Positions 19,064-28,322 of a stretch of 64,000 nt of DNA are shown piece after piece. Position 1 is the stretch's first letter, and every line of letters begins with the position of its first letter. This stretch comes from Escherichia phage A221. The notes under the pieces were generated by a model, which was not told the origin of the DNA, did no database searches, and saw nothing but the letters and a program-made list of their open reading frames with translations. The position numbers and the translations under genes are program-made. The stretch lies in sequence record ON862890.1. One strand, written 5' to 3'.

Positions 19064-19114
19064 TCAATAACTGGCGAACGATGGGTTCACCGGGTTGAAA
19101 GGTAAGATTATATC

Positions 19115-19354
19115 ATGAAGAACAAAATGGTCGAAACTTCAGTAGAGATTGATCGCAATTGGGGATTGCTCCGCGCTAAAGGGTTCCGTCGTGTGTATGC
19201 GACCAAAGAAGTCTACGCACAGCGCCGTGACGTTATCATCAGCAAGAAAGGCAAAGAGTGGGTTGCTGAAGAAGTTGATGTCGAGACAGGCATCGTAGGA
19301 AAGGTAAAGGCCAAGGCCGTGATCCTCTTCGCTCTTCTGAAGCACATCAGTTAA
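19115..19354 (+). CDS. hypothetical protein (79 aa)
   Basis: TTGAAAGGTAAGATTATATC-ATG initiation motif. Confidence 0.45.
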   Translation: MKNKMVETSVEIDRNWGLLRAKGFRRVYATKEVYAQRRDVIISKKGKEWVAEEVDVETGIVGKVKAKAVILFALLKHIS

Positions 19355-19413
19355 TTCTATAACTTTGGGCGGGGTATGATTACCCCGTCTATTTGAAACC
19401 AAGAGACTATATC

Positions 19414-19788
19414 ATGAAAAAGTTAATCCTCGCTGTTGCCCTGCTGGGCGCTTCCTTTGCTGCTGTTTCCGCCCCTCCTGTCATCACCGGAGTGTCTACC
19501 AACGGTGTTTATGCTTTCAAGGCGTATGGCCAAGACCTCGTTCTGTATAAGAACGGGAAGATGATTGAGCGCTGCGTATCAGACGACGTGAATCGTGGGA
19601 TCGACAATCAGGGTAGCCCATACGTCCTGGACATCTATTCCTGCTCCAACGGGACGAAGTCCTTTGGCGTCAAGACCTTTGGCAACGTCGCCGACGGTGG
19701 CTGGGGCTTCATGTTCGAAACCCGCAACCACCACCCGGTCAAGACCATGCAAGAAGAGTTCTTGATCTCTGTCGGGGGTACGTTATGA
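19414..19788 (+). CDS. secreted protein (signal peptide)
   Basis: N-terminal MKKLILAVALLGASFAAVSA; conserved AGAGACTATATC-ATG motif. Confidence 0.5.
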   Translation: MKKLILAVALLGASFAAVSAPPVITGVSTNGVYAFKAYGQDLVLYKNGKMIERCVSDDVNRGIDNQGSPYVLDIYSCSNGTKSFGVKTFGNVADGGWGFMFETRNHHPVKTMQEEFLISVGGTL

Positions 19789-20072
19789 CACCATCAGAGA
19801 GAAGTTCTATCAAGGAGATGATCAGAGACAAGGCGTGTGTTGGTCATACTCAGTCAGAGAACATCTTGCGCCTGATGGTAATAAAGAACGATATCGATAA
19901 CAGCCGATTCCAATCAGCGCTCTACGGGCTTCTCGAGTTCGTTCTCCGCCAGGCTGATCTTGGTCCTGTCGGTACTCTTGATGATCTAATCAAGCTGTTG
20001 AACACGGGCGGGGAAACTTTCGACACCGCTCGTATCCTGATTGACGGTGGACCTGAAGAAGACGAGGTATAA
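19785..20072 (+). CDS. hypothetical protein (95 aa)
   Basis: ORF track; start overlaps upstream stop. Confidence 0.4.
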   Translation: MTPSERSSIKEMIRDKACVGHTQSENILRLMVIKNDIDNSRFQSALYGLLEFVLRQADLGPVGTLDDLIKLLNTGGETFDTARILIDGGPEEDEV

Positions 20073-20073
20073 T

Positions 20074-20232
20074 TTGGATAAAGAATTGGTTTGGGAAATT
20101 GTGAAGGGTGTCCTAGTAATAATCGCGGTGGTTTTCATCTTGGGTGGGAACTTCTTCTATTGGTTATTCCGATCCGACCAGAAACGTCGCGAACGCAAGG
20201 AGAAAGAGAGAAAGGATCGATGGATGCGCTAA
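20074..20232 (+). CDS. small single-pass membrane protein (about 52 aa), possible TTG start
   Basis: GAGGT 5 nt upstream of TTG; hydrophobic IVKGVLVIIAVVFILGG then basic tail; start uncertain. Confidence 0.3.
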   Translation: MDKELVWEIVKGVLVIIAVVFILGGNFFYWLFRSDQKRRERKEKERKDRWMR

Positions 20233-20264
20233 CTAAGGGATAACCCTATATCCCGAGGTGTGTC

Positions 20265-20714
20265 ATGTTCCTTACATCTTTTATTGACTGGTTGAACATC
20301 ATTAACGGCCTGAGGATTCCTGTTGGGAACCTCGGGCTTTCTCGTTCTTCTATGCCGCAAATCGATGCCGACAAACAAGAAGATTTTCACAAATATCTTG
20401 AAGACAACGGCGTGTCCATAGATGCTGTGCAAGTGCCCATCAAAATGCTTCGTCTCACCCAGAACGAAATCAACAAGATGAAGGTCTGGAAGATCATGAA
20501 GAACATCAGAAATAAGAAACCTATGGGTCGAGTTTGGGTGTCTTCTGACAATTACGTTGTTGACGGTTCTCACCGATTTGTCGCTGCGTTGAACATGGAC
20601 GGCAAACAGCGCATGAAGGTCTACAAAGTTGATTTGCCAGCGATGGAATTTGTTAAACTCGCTAAACAGTTTCAGGGTGTGCGATACAGAACGGTCTCAG
20701 ATTCGAGATACTAA
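20265..20714 (+). CDS. hypothetical protein, possible ParB-like nuclease domain
   Basis: GAGGTG RBS; motif VVDGSHRFVAAL resembles ParB/Srx DGxHR; weak. Confidence 0.45.
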   Translation: MFLTSFIDWLNIINGLRIPVGNLGLSRSSMPQIDADKQEDFHKYLEDNGVSIDAVQVPIKMLRLTQNEINKMKVWKIMKNIRNKKPMGRVWVSSDNYVVDGSHRFVAALNMDGKQRMKVYKVDLPAMEFVKLAKQFQGVRYRTVSDSRY

Positions 20715-20715
20715 T

Positions 20716-21549
20716 ATGGACGTCTATTCAGAACTTATCGAAATAGGAGCGAAACGTCATTTCGTAAACAAATATCTTTCGCTCATTTCTTCTTTTAGTC
20801 ATTACCAAGGCGTCGGGGAGAAGCATCACATATTACCTGTGGCATTGTTCCCCGAATATGCCACGGAATACGAAAACATCGTCAAACTGCCTCATAGGGT
20901 TCATTATATTGCCCATGTGTGTCTTGCTCTTGCGTTACCAGGTTCATGTATGGTAAATGCGATTATGATTTTGAAGCGGTTAGATAGTAGAGTCAACTCA
21001 CACCTGTTTGCGAAAATGCGCAAGAGATTCGCCGAAAGGCTTTCTGTGGTGAATGCAGGGGAAAATAATCCCATGTATGGCAAGAAGAGATCCCAGAAGG
21101 CAAAGAAAAAGACCTCGGAGTCTCTTAGAAATTTTTATAAATCTAAAAGAAAAGAAGATCCAGATTTAAAAGAATTTTTCTCGGAAAGGAATTCTAAAAT
21201 AAAACGGGGAAAAGATCACCATTCTTATGGGAATAAATTGACCAATAATCTTACTCCAGAACAAGAACGATGTAGAATAGAATCGGTCACCAAGACTTCC
21301 CGTGAAACCATGCCCTGGGAGAAGCCAAGATGGAAACCAGAAAGGGACAAATGGTGGTGTTGGGCTGCACATATACACTATCACATATTGAAAGGTAAGA
21401 CGAGAGGGGAAGCCCTGAAACAAGTATTCGGTTCCAATGACGCAGAAATTTGGGCACAGGTTCGGCCAATTATTCTACGGTTGGATAACGGTTGGGACCC
21501 TTTAACTTGCGAAAAATGGGTTAATCGTTATGGGGTGGAATACCAGTAA
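20716..21549 (+). CDS. HNH-family homing endonuclease with NUMOD-like repeats
   Basis: HHILPVALFPEY...LPHRVHYIAH HNH core; ENNPMYGKK and HHSYGNK repeats; AT-rich segment around 21100-21260. Confidence 0.65.
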   Translation: MDVYSELIEIGAKRHFVNKYLSLISSFSHYQGVGEKHHILPVALFPEYATEYENIVKLPHRVHYIAHVCLALALPGSCMVNAIMILKRLDSRVNSHLFAKMRKRFAERLSVVNAGENNPMYGKKRSQKAKKKTSESLRNFYKSKRKEDPDLKEFFSERNSKIKRGKDHHSYGNKLTNNLTPEQERCRIESVTKTSRETMPWEKPRWKPERDKWWCWAAHIHYHILKGKTRGEALKQVFGSNDAEIWAQVRPIILRLDNGWDPLTCEKWVNRYGVEYQ

Positions 21550-21643
21550 ACCACCCGTTTCTGAATACGATAGTTTATTGAATCCCTTTACTCATCATGG
21601 TGAGCCGCCTATCATTTCATCCAATGAAATAAGGAGAATCACC

Positions 21644-22330
21644 ATGAAACGTTTAATCCTCGGGGTTGTGCTGGCTGGTCTGGCATTACCCGCCGCTACC
21701 AAGCTGAACTCCACAGGTGATAAACTGTGGTCCGACCTTTCCTATTGTGCTGGGTTCTCCCAGGCGGTTGCCATCGACAAGTCTGGTTCCATAGAGAACT
21801 TCGCTGAACTCTGGAACACAGGCAACGTCTCCACCGCTGTCGTCAATGCCGGAATTGAGTTCAACCGTTACAAACAGGGAGCCTATAACCTCAAGGGCTA
21901 CCTCAATGACGAAGAATTTAACCGTGGAGGCATGGAGGCTGGCGATTTGATCATGACTGGGCGTATGGGCACCCAAGGCCGAATGACAGTCAGACAGTGC
22001 CGTTCGCTCCCTTCTCCGGCATTACAGAAGGGGGTGCAGATAGGCCGCCGCCACCTGAACCTTATCAACGATGGCAACCAGTGCGTCAAAGTATTCGAAT
22101 ACAGCGCTACGCAGACCTCTGATCGCGTCCTGAAGAAGGAATGGCGCACCCGCGCTCTTGGTCTCAGGGCATGGTTGGTGGAGAACGATTATTACTTTGA
22201 AGACAGGGTTCAGAACGGTCTGAAAGACCTGGCCACGAATCTGAGCGTGAACCTTGATGATCCTCGCATGTCGCGCGAACTCCAGCAGACTCGTGTTGAC
22301 TGCGACAATATGATGAAGGAGAACGAGTGA
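21644..22330 (+). CDS. secreted protein (signal peptide)
   Basis: Internal ATG with AAGGAG RBS; MKRLILGVVLAGLALPAA. Confidence 0.5.
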   Translation: MKRLILGVVLAGLALPAATKLNSTGDKLWSDLSYCAGFSQAVAIDKSGSIENFAELWNTGNVSTAVVNAGIEFNRYKQGAYNLKGYLNDEEFNRGGMEAGDLIMTGRMGTQGRMTVRQCRSLPSPALQKGVQIGRRHLNLINDGNQCVKVFEYSATQTSDRVLKKEWRTRALGLRAWLVENDYYFEDRVQNGLKDLATNLSVNLDDPRMSRELQQTRVDCDNMMKENE

Positions 22331-22656
22331 TGAAATGTAAAATCCTGCTCTTGTTGGTACTGATAGCCGGGTGTGTAAATGCCGCGCCACCGTCTAAACT
22401 GAACACATGTGTGGCATGGATGGAGACGTATCAGCAGTTCCACCCAGATGACAAAGACACATCTATCCTCCTGTCCGACTTCGAGGGGGAGCTGAAGCGC
22501 CTTGATCTGTTCAGTGTTGATCAGATAGAGAATGCGCTGGATCTTCCCATGATGCTGACTGCGGCTGATAACAGTCCACAAACGAAGAAAGACCTGATGT
22601 ATTGCCGGGGAATTGCCCAGGACTTTGTCGGATTTCAAAATAAAGTTTCGGGTTAA
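22330..22656 (+). CDS. putative lipoprotein
   Basis: MKCKILLLLVLIAGC lipobox-like; start overlaps upstream stop. Confidence 0.5.
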   Translation: MKCKILLLLVLIAGCVNAAPPSKLNTCVAWMETYQQFHPDDKDTSILLSDFEGELKRLDLFSVDQIENALDLPMMLTAADNSPQTKKDLMYCRGIAQDFVGFQNKVSG

Positions 22657-22692
22657 AATTTAGCCCTACATTGTGAACTGAAGGAATACACT

Positions 22693-23562
22693 GTGATGCT
22701 CCTGACCAAAACAATCGCTGCGGCGATTATCGAAAAGAATAAGGCTTTTGCCCCCAACGCAGCCAAAGTTATGTTGGTACACGAAGACGCTCGCGTGATC
22801 TTCGCCGAGAAGTTCGAGATGGGCGCGAAGTTCTGGTATGCCGACAACTTACGTGAGAGCAAACTTCAGGGTATCATCCACAAACTGACTCTGGTCGCCA
22901 AGCGTAATGACCAGGGTGACTGGGTCGGCGTTTCTGACTTCAGTACGAAGATCACCCCAAAGGCTCCGCTTTCTCGTCAAGAGCGCATTCTACAAGCCCA
23001 GGAAAAGCTGCGTGCGGCTCGGAGTACTCCAAAGGCGAAACCAGATGCAAGCCCTGTCATCAAGCCAGCGGTTGTTCCTAAGTCCAAATACCTCCCTCCC
23101 GTGAGTCAAAAGGCTGTGGAGCAATTGGTTGAGAAGCGCAAGGGTGACGTTGTGATGAAGTCTGACTCTTCAGTGGAGCCGTTCAAGCCGGATCCAGCAG
23201 AAGTACAGGCACTAGCAGAAAAGGTAAAGAATTCACAATTCATTTCCCTGCGTGAACTTGAACCGCCTACTCGCCGTCGTGTCGCCAACGAGCTGTTTGT
23301 GTCGTTCAGGTCGGATGGCAAGATCGTCCTGTGCAAAGCCCTGCGCGATGCAATCCCTTGGACAACTCTGAACATGATGGTCACTCGCGACTTCAAGCGT
23401 TTTGGTATCATGCAAGGCAAGGACTACAACGTCAACCAGAGCGGGACTTATGTTAATCGCGCCATGTGCGACAAATTGACCTTCCCAGAAGACACCGGAA
23501 CGATCCGTGTCGTTCTGAATTGGGATGACAATCTGAACATGTATGTTGGCGATTTCCAATAA
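22693..23562 (+). CDS. hypothetical protein (289 aa)
   Basis: ORF track; GTG/ATG start region with AAGGAA upstream. Confidence 0.5.
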   Translation: MMLLTKTIAAAIIEKNKAFAPNAAKVMLVHEDARVIFAEKFEMGAKFWYADNLRESKLQGIIHKLTLVAKRNDQGDWVGVSDFSTKITPKAPLSRQERILQAQEKLRAARSTPKAKPDASPVIKPAVVPKSKYLPPVSQKAVEQLVEKRKGDVVMKSDSSVEPFKPDPAEVQALAEKVKNSQFISLRELEPPTRRRVANELFVSFRSDGKIVLCKALRDAIPWTTLNMMVTRDFKRFGIMQGKDYNVNQSGTYVNRAMCDKLTFPEDTGTIRVVLNWDDNLNMYVGDFQ

Positions 23563-23618
23563 TCAATAACCTCGGGCGGCTTATCATAAAGCTGCCCTTT
23601 CATTTGAGTGACTATATC

Positions 23619-24281
23619 ATGGAAAAACTTTATTCTATTATCGTCGGTCCTGATCCTGACGGATTATTCTTCGCCCCGTTGTCTTATATTGCCCACGCCC
23701 GTATCGGTAGCTATTACGCATATTGCACACGTGGCCACGACGGTTCCAATATCCTCCATTATAGCCGCCTGAACGATTTCCTGGCACTTCAACCAGAAGA
23801 TGTTGTGCTGGCGCGTCGCGTGTTCATCGACTTCAACGCGATGCACAACAACGAAATCGACGCTCGCTATCATGCCATGCGTTCTATGGAAGGGGGAGAC
23901 TGCATTTATCGTATCGACCATTTTAGTGAGTTTACCGAATGTATTGATTGGTTTATCTCTGATAAAGTGATGGGTGAAAGAATCGTCACAACTCCGTGGG
24001 CGCATGCGGAACAACTTCGTGTGTCTACCGATGCGTACAAAGAAGTCGAAAATCTGTGCAACAAGTTCCGCATCTCGGTGGCCTGTAATCAAGACCTGGG
24101 CGAAGAGATACAATGGACAGCTGAGTCTCCTCATTTCAGTGGCCTGGTGATGACGGCCGAAACCCGTTCCCGTGCTGTTGTCCAGTTAGTACTCTGGGCG
24201 TTCTACCAGCGCACCCCGTTCTCATACATGGGGCAGAAAGAGATTGATGAACTCCTGAAGTCTCATGCGGTGGAGGTGTAA
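23619..24281 (+). CDS. hypothetical protein (220 aa)
   Basis: Internal ATG carrying GTGACTATATC-ATG motif. Confidence 0.5.
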   Translation: MEKLYSIIVGPDPDGLFFAPLSYIAHARIGSYYAYCTRGHDGSNILHYSRLNDFLALQPEDVVLARRVFIDFNAMHNNEIDARYHAMRSMEGGDCIYRIDHFSEFTECIDWFISDKVMGERIVTTPWAHAEQLRVSTDAYKEVENLCNKFRISVACNQDLGEEIQWTAESPHFSGLVMTAETRSRAVVQLVLWAFYQRTPFSYMGQKEIDELLKSHAVEV

Positions 24282-24282
24282 T

Positions 24283-24723
24283 ATGGCTGGCGTATGGTGT
24301 GATGTCTTGCTGGTTCGTTACAGCGTAAATGGGGGTGCCCAAGTTCGTTCCGCCTTCTATCCAGTACCGTTCTCCTCTGGTGGCCTTACAGCTCAGAGGG
24401 TGTTAAGTATCGAAGCAGAACTGAACGCGAAGACATATATCGGCGATACACAAGTGTTGGGATACGATCTTCTGAACGAAATGTTGATCGATGAAGATAA
24501 GGTAGAAACCATTATTGTTAGCCGTCAAGAAATGGAGGTCTTGATGAAACTGGAAGGCACCGAAAAGACTGAAGTTCAAACGGTGTCTGTGCCTGTCGCA
24601 CCAACACAGGAACACCTTGATGCCATTGCTGGATTATTCACGCATGGATTTTGTGATGATCGCATGGCTCGTGGTATCTATGCCGCCGCACTGGGCGTTG
24701 AGAAACAAACGGAGCAAATATGA
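24283..24723 (+). CDS. hypothetical protein (146 aa)
   Basis: GGAGG RBS; starts 2 nt after upstream stop. Confidence 0.45.
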   Translation: MAGVWCDVLLVRYSVNGGAQVRSAFYPVPFSSGGLTAQRVLSIEAELNAKTYIGDTQVLGYDLLNEMLIDEDKVETIIVSRQEMEVLMKLEGTEKTEVQTVSVPVAPTQEHLDAIAGLFTHGFCDDRMARGIYAAALGVEKQTEQI

Positions 24724-24848
24724 GCACAAAGACTGTAATCGTGGTGAAAGGCTATTAATTCCGCTTTATTCAATAAAATTTGTTAGTTAAACTGTAGTCC
24801 TCTTGTAGTGAACATGAAAGTAAACATTAACCCAACGGAGAAATCCAG

Positions 24849-25127
24849 ATGAATCGTACTGAATTTGTTGCCCACATTGCTTCGACCCAGAATATCACCA
24901 AAGGCGAAGCGGAGAAAGTAGTGGCATCCTTTATCGACGGTGTTAAAACTGCAGTTGCTGCAGGCGCATCTGTACAGCTGGTCGGCTTCGGTGCGTTCGA
25001 AGTGAAACACCAAGAAGCGCGTGAAGGCCGCAACCCTCTGAACGGCCAGACCATTCAGATTGCGGCGAAAAACGTTGTGAAATTCAAAGTGGGCGAAGGT
25101 CTGAAGAACGCTGCCAACGGCAAGTAA
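24849..25127 (+). CDS. HU/IHF-family DNA-binding protein
   Basis: 92 aa; VQLVGFGAFEV...REGRNPLNGQTIQIAAKNVVKFKVG is a typical HU arm signature. Confidence 0.8.
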   Translation: MNRTEFVAHIASTQNITKGEAEKVVASFIDGVKTAVAAGASVQLVGFGAFEVKHQEAREGRNPLNGQTIQIAAKNVVKFKVGEGLKNAANGK

Positions 25128-25169
25128 TTCTATCTGACGCGCGGCCAGGCTCTGCAATCAGGGCATGGC

Positions 25170-25200
25170 AAAAGAGAAAGCCGGAGCATTGTACTCCGGC
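25170..25200 (+). terminator. rho-independent terminator
   Basis: Stem GCCGGAG/CTCCGGC followed by TTTTTCGTT. Confidence 0.65.
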
Positions 25201-25255
25201 TTTTTCGTTCTTGGGGATCGGGTAAACTATAGGCGAATCCCATAGGAGGAAGAAA

Positions 25256-26974
25256 GTGACAGCATTCAACCAATATACCAAGGCGCTTGACGGCGTCGGA
25301 CCAGTCAGCATAGACCGCATCAAGTCTCTTGCCACTGAGTTCTTCCCGTATGACACCGCCAACCCCGGCCAGATGGAATGCATCGTTGAAGCCATTGATG
25401 CCCTTGTGAATAAGAAATTCAAACACGTGATCATCGAGGCTCCGACTGGTGTAGGTAAATCCCTCATCGGCACTACCATCCATAATGTGCTTCGCCATTT
25501 GGTTCTTGAGCACAACCCGTATGGTCAGTTCCGCACGTCTATCACGACGCCGACCAAAGGTTTACAGGATCAGTATGCAGCAGAGAAAGCCGTGGCGATA
25601 GATATCCTGAAGGGCAAGAAGAACTACCGTTGCCACATCAGTCCCGACCTATACTACAACGCCATTCAGTGCCGTATGGCATGCCGTGATGGCCACTGTA
25701 GTAAGAATCGTTGCCCATATGTTCAGGCGCGTCGACAGTGGACCGACGTCTCCTCCCTGCGCTGCACCAACGCCGCCATGATGGTGGAGATGTGCACGAC
25801 GATCTGTATGAAGCCGGAAAACCGCGCCGATATGCTGATCCTTGACGAGTGTCATAAGATGCCCTCTACGCTGCTAGAGCATACTATCATGGAATACAAC
25901 ATAAAGGCTGTGGAAGGGTTGCTTACGATCCCCGAGGGAGTGCCTATCGTGGAGACCATCAAGGATATCATCATCCGCACAGAGAACTATGAATTGGGCA
26001 AGCTGTATTCCCTGTCTGGTGAGATGCATGCGATATTTGATGAACTGCACGGCAAGGTTGAAGCCCTGTTGGAAACTCTTGAGGAACTGGTAGAGGACGA
26101 GCGCCTGACTGAAGCCCAGGTGATGAAGCTGTCTGATATTATTGATACTCTTCACAACCTCAGCGACTACTGTGGTATCATGGGGCAGACCAACGCCAGC
26201 ACTTTCATCGTACAGGAGAAGGACAAGGGTATGATTCAGTTCAAGCCTGTCATCGCCTCTGATGTATCCCAGTTCGGCCTGTTCCGCAAGGGTGACTACC
26301 ACGTCCACATGTCGGCTACCATTTGTGGGATTGACTCGTACGCCCGGTCACTGGGTATCCGCGAGGGTGAGTACCACAAGATACAGATCGGCAACCCTAT
26401 CCCGATTGAGAACCGGAAAGTCAACTACATGCCCATCATGAAGATGACAGCGAACATGGGTGACTACGAGATGAAGAAGCTGGCTGAATACGTGGATGAA
26501 ATTATCGCGTTCCACCCTGGGCAGTCTGGCATCATTCACACAGTCAGTTATGACCGCGCCCTGGCTCTACAAAAGTTCAGTAAGTACCGGAATATGATTC
26601 ACGTTCCTCGTACTCGTAAGGCTCTGATGGACATCATGGAACACGCGTTCAGGACGAAGACACCTTGTGTCATCGCCAGTCCGGCCATGGAAGAGGGGTA
26701 TGACTTCAAAGGCGATTATAGTCGATTTCAGATCTTGATCAAGGTGCCATATGATTACCTTGGTGATCCTCTGGTGGCCCACGTCAACAGTGTGGACCCA
26801 TCGGCGTACTTCAGGATGGCGGTACTGCGTATCGTTCAGATGTGTGGGCGTTCGGTCAGGGGTGTGAATGACTGGGCTGCGACGTACATCCTTGATTCTT
26901 CTTTTGAATCACTGATGATGCGCAACCCAGAGTTCTTCCCCGCTTGGTTCACTGATGCCGTGTTTGAGGTTTAG
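25256..26974 (+). CDS. XPD/DinG-like SF2 DNA helicase with Cys-rich insert
   Basis: GTG start with AGGAGGA RBS; Walker A APTGVGKS, DECH box LILDECH, Cys cluster between them. Confidence 0.65.
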   Translation: MTAFNQYTKALDGVGPVSIDRIKSLATEFFPYDTANPGQMECIVEAIDALVNKKFKHVIIEAPTGVGKSLIGTTIHNVLRHLVLEHNPYGQFRTSITTPTKGLQDQYAAEKAVAIDILKGKKNYRCHISPDLYYNAIQCRMACRDGHCSKNRCPYVQARRQWTDVSSLRCTNAAMMVEMCTTICMKPENRADMLILDECHKMPSTLLEHTIMEYNIKAVEGLLTIPEGVPIVETIKDIIIRTENYELGKLYSLSGEMHAIFDELHGKVEALLETLEELVEDERLTEAQVMKLSDIIDTLHNLSDYCGIMGQTNASTFIVQEKDKGMIQFKPVIASDVSQFGLFRKGDYHVHMSATICGIDSYARSLGIREGEYHKIQIGNPIPIENRKVNYMPIMKMTANMGDYEMKKLAEYVDEIIAFHPGQSGIIHTVSYDRALALQKFSKYRNMIHVPRTRKALMDIMEHAFRTKTPCVIASPAMEEGYDFKGDYSRFQILIKVPYDYLGDPLVAHVNSVDPSAYFRMAVLRIVQMCGRSVRGVNDWAATYILDSSFESLMMRNPEFFPAWFTDAVFEV

Positions 26975-27738
26975 TAACCCGCAACGAAGGACAGATGGCA
27001 CTTGACATTCGGTTCCAACGACGTCACAGAAACCGTCATATTGTCCGTATCTTGGCTGAAGTCAATGGTGGCGAGAGGTTTGGTCTGAATATGGTTGTAG
27101 ACACTGTAGATCAGATCCTCGCCACGATACCCTACCTTCCCGTCGGTGTCTTGCCAATGACCCAGTGTCTCATCGTAGACATGCACTCTGAACTCGATCA
27201 TATGGAAGAGTGCCTTGGGGATGTCCTTGAGTACGCTGGTGCCAACCACGGGAATTTCTATGCTGGAATCATTGGAGTTCCCTTCATAGACCGAAGCCCA
27301 TGCAAAGGTAGGATCACCCCCAGCAACAGGGGTTCGCTTCCAGTATTGGAATTCTGGGTTGCCCGAAGCGTTCTTCTGAAGTAGAATGACCTCACCACCT
27401 TTGAAGTTCGAGGTATCGATGTCGCCTCGCTGAAGTTCATCTGCTGGAGATCCAATAAATTTCCAGCCTTCGCGATCCAGTAAAGACTTATAATAGTCGG
27501 TGAACACGTTGCTGTCTTCTGCATCGTTGATGGCATCTTTGAGACCTTGGCCTGTCACCATCTCGTTGAGCTTCAACCACATGTTCTTGACAGCAGAAGC
27601 TGCTGCGACTTGTCCAGCAGTCCCACCTGCAGCATAATCATAGATGATATCTTCTGACTTGATAGCATCATAGATAGAGAGGAGCAATTGCTCAATCTGC
27701 GGGGCGGTGAGACTGAAACGATATGCGCGGGGTGCCAT
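26971..27738 (-). CDS. hypothetical late protein (255 aa)
   Basis: Start at internal Met with AGAGGAA RBS; exact TATAAATA 35 nt upstream on minus strand. Confidence 0.5.
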   Translation of the reverse strand: MAPRAYRFSLTAPQIEQLLLSIYDAIKSEDIIYDYAAGGTAGQVAAASAVKNMWLKLNEMVTGQGLKDAINDAEDSNVFTDYYKSLLDREGWKFIGSPADELQRGDIDTSNFKGGEVILLQKNASGNPEFQYWKRTPVAGGDPTFAWASVYEGNSNDSSIEIPVVGTSVLKDIPKALFHMIEFRVHVYDETLGHWQDTDGKVGYRGEDLIYSVYNHIQTKPLATIDFSQDTDNMTVSVTSLEPNVKCHLSFVAGY

Positions 27739-27773
27739 AGTTTCATTCCTCTTTCTATAAAACCAGTTTGGGA

Positions 27774-27781
27774 TATTTATA
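27774..27781 (-). promoter_or_regulatory. T4-type late promoter core TATAAATA
   Basis: Exact octamer on minus strand upstream of minus gene 26971-27738. Confidence 0.45.
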
Positions 27782-27783
27782 TC

Positions 27784-28311
27784 ATGATAGAAATTTATTC
27801 TGACGGGGGTTCTAACCCGAAGACCAACCAGGCCGCAGGATGGGCATTTGTCATCAGGCCAATAACGGGTATGCAATGGAAGGTGTTCTTCGGTCATCTA
27901 CCTCCCCCGTCCACTAACAATATCGCCGAGTTGTTGGGTGTGACCAACGCATTGAAGCTACTGTGGGCATTCTCAGGAAAGGGTGAGCGCAGAATACCAA
28001 AGGCAACAATTTGGTCTGACAGCCAATATGCTATCAAGAGCGTCACCGAATGGCGAGCGAAGTGGGAGTATCAGGGTTTCCCAGAAAAGAACGTTGAACT
28101 CATCAAAGATCTGTTCAGAATCTATGATCTCGTTTGTTCAATTTGTGATGTTGAACTAAAATGGGTTAAGGGTCATGCGGGGCACGAAGGCAACGAACTT
28201 GCCGATGACTGGGCCACAGCAGCCAAAAACGACAGCAACTTCCTGATTGAGAATGACAAGATCTCGGTGAAGAAGGTTGTTGGATCTTTTGATGAATTTA
28301 TCGGTATCTGA
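27784..28311 (+). CDS. rnhA: ribonuclease HI (bacterial RnhA type)
   Basis: IEIYSDGG, TNNIAEL, WSDSQYAI, KWVKGHAGHEGNELAD match RNase HI catalytic motifs; TATATC-ATG start motif. Confidence 0.8.
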   Translation: MIEIYSDGGSNPKTNQAAGWAFVIRPITGMQWKVFFGHLPPPSTNNIAELLGVTNALKLLWAFSGKGERRIPKATIWSDSQYAIKSVTEWRAKWEYQGFPEKNVELIKDLFRIYDLVCSICDVELKWVKGHAGHEGNELADDWATAAKNDSNFLIENDKISVKKVVGSFDEFIGI

Positions 28312-28322
28312 GGGATTTCATA

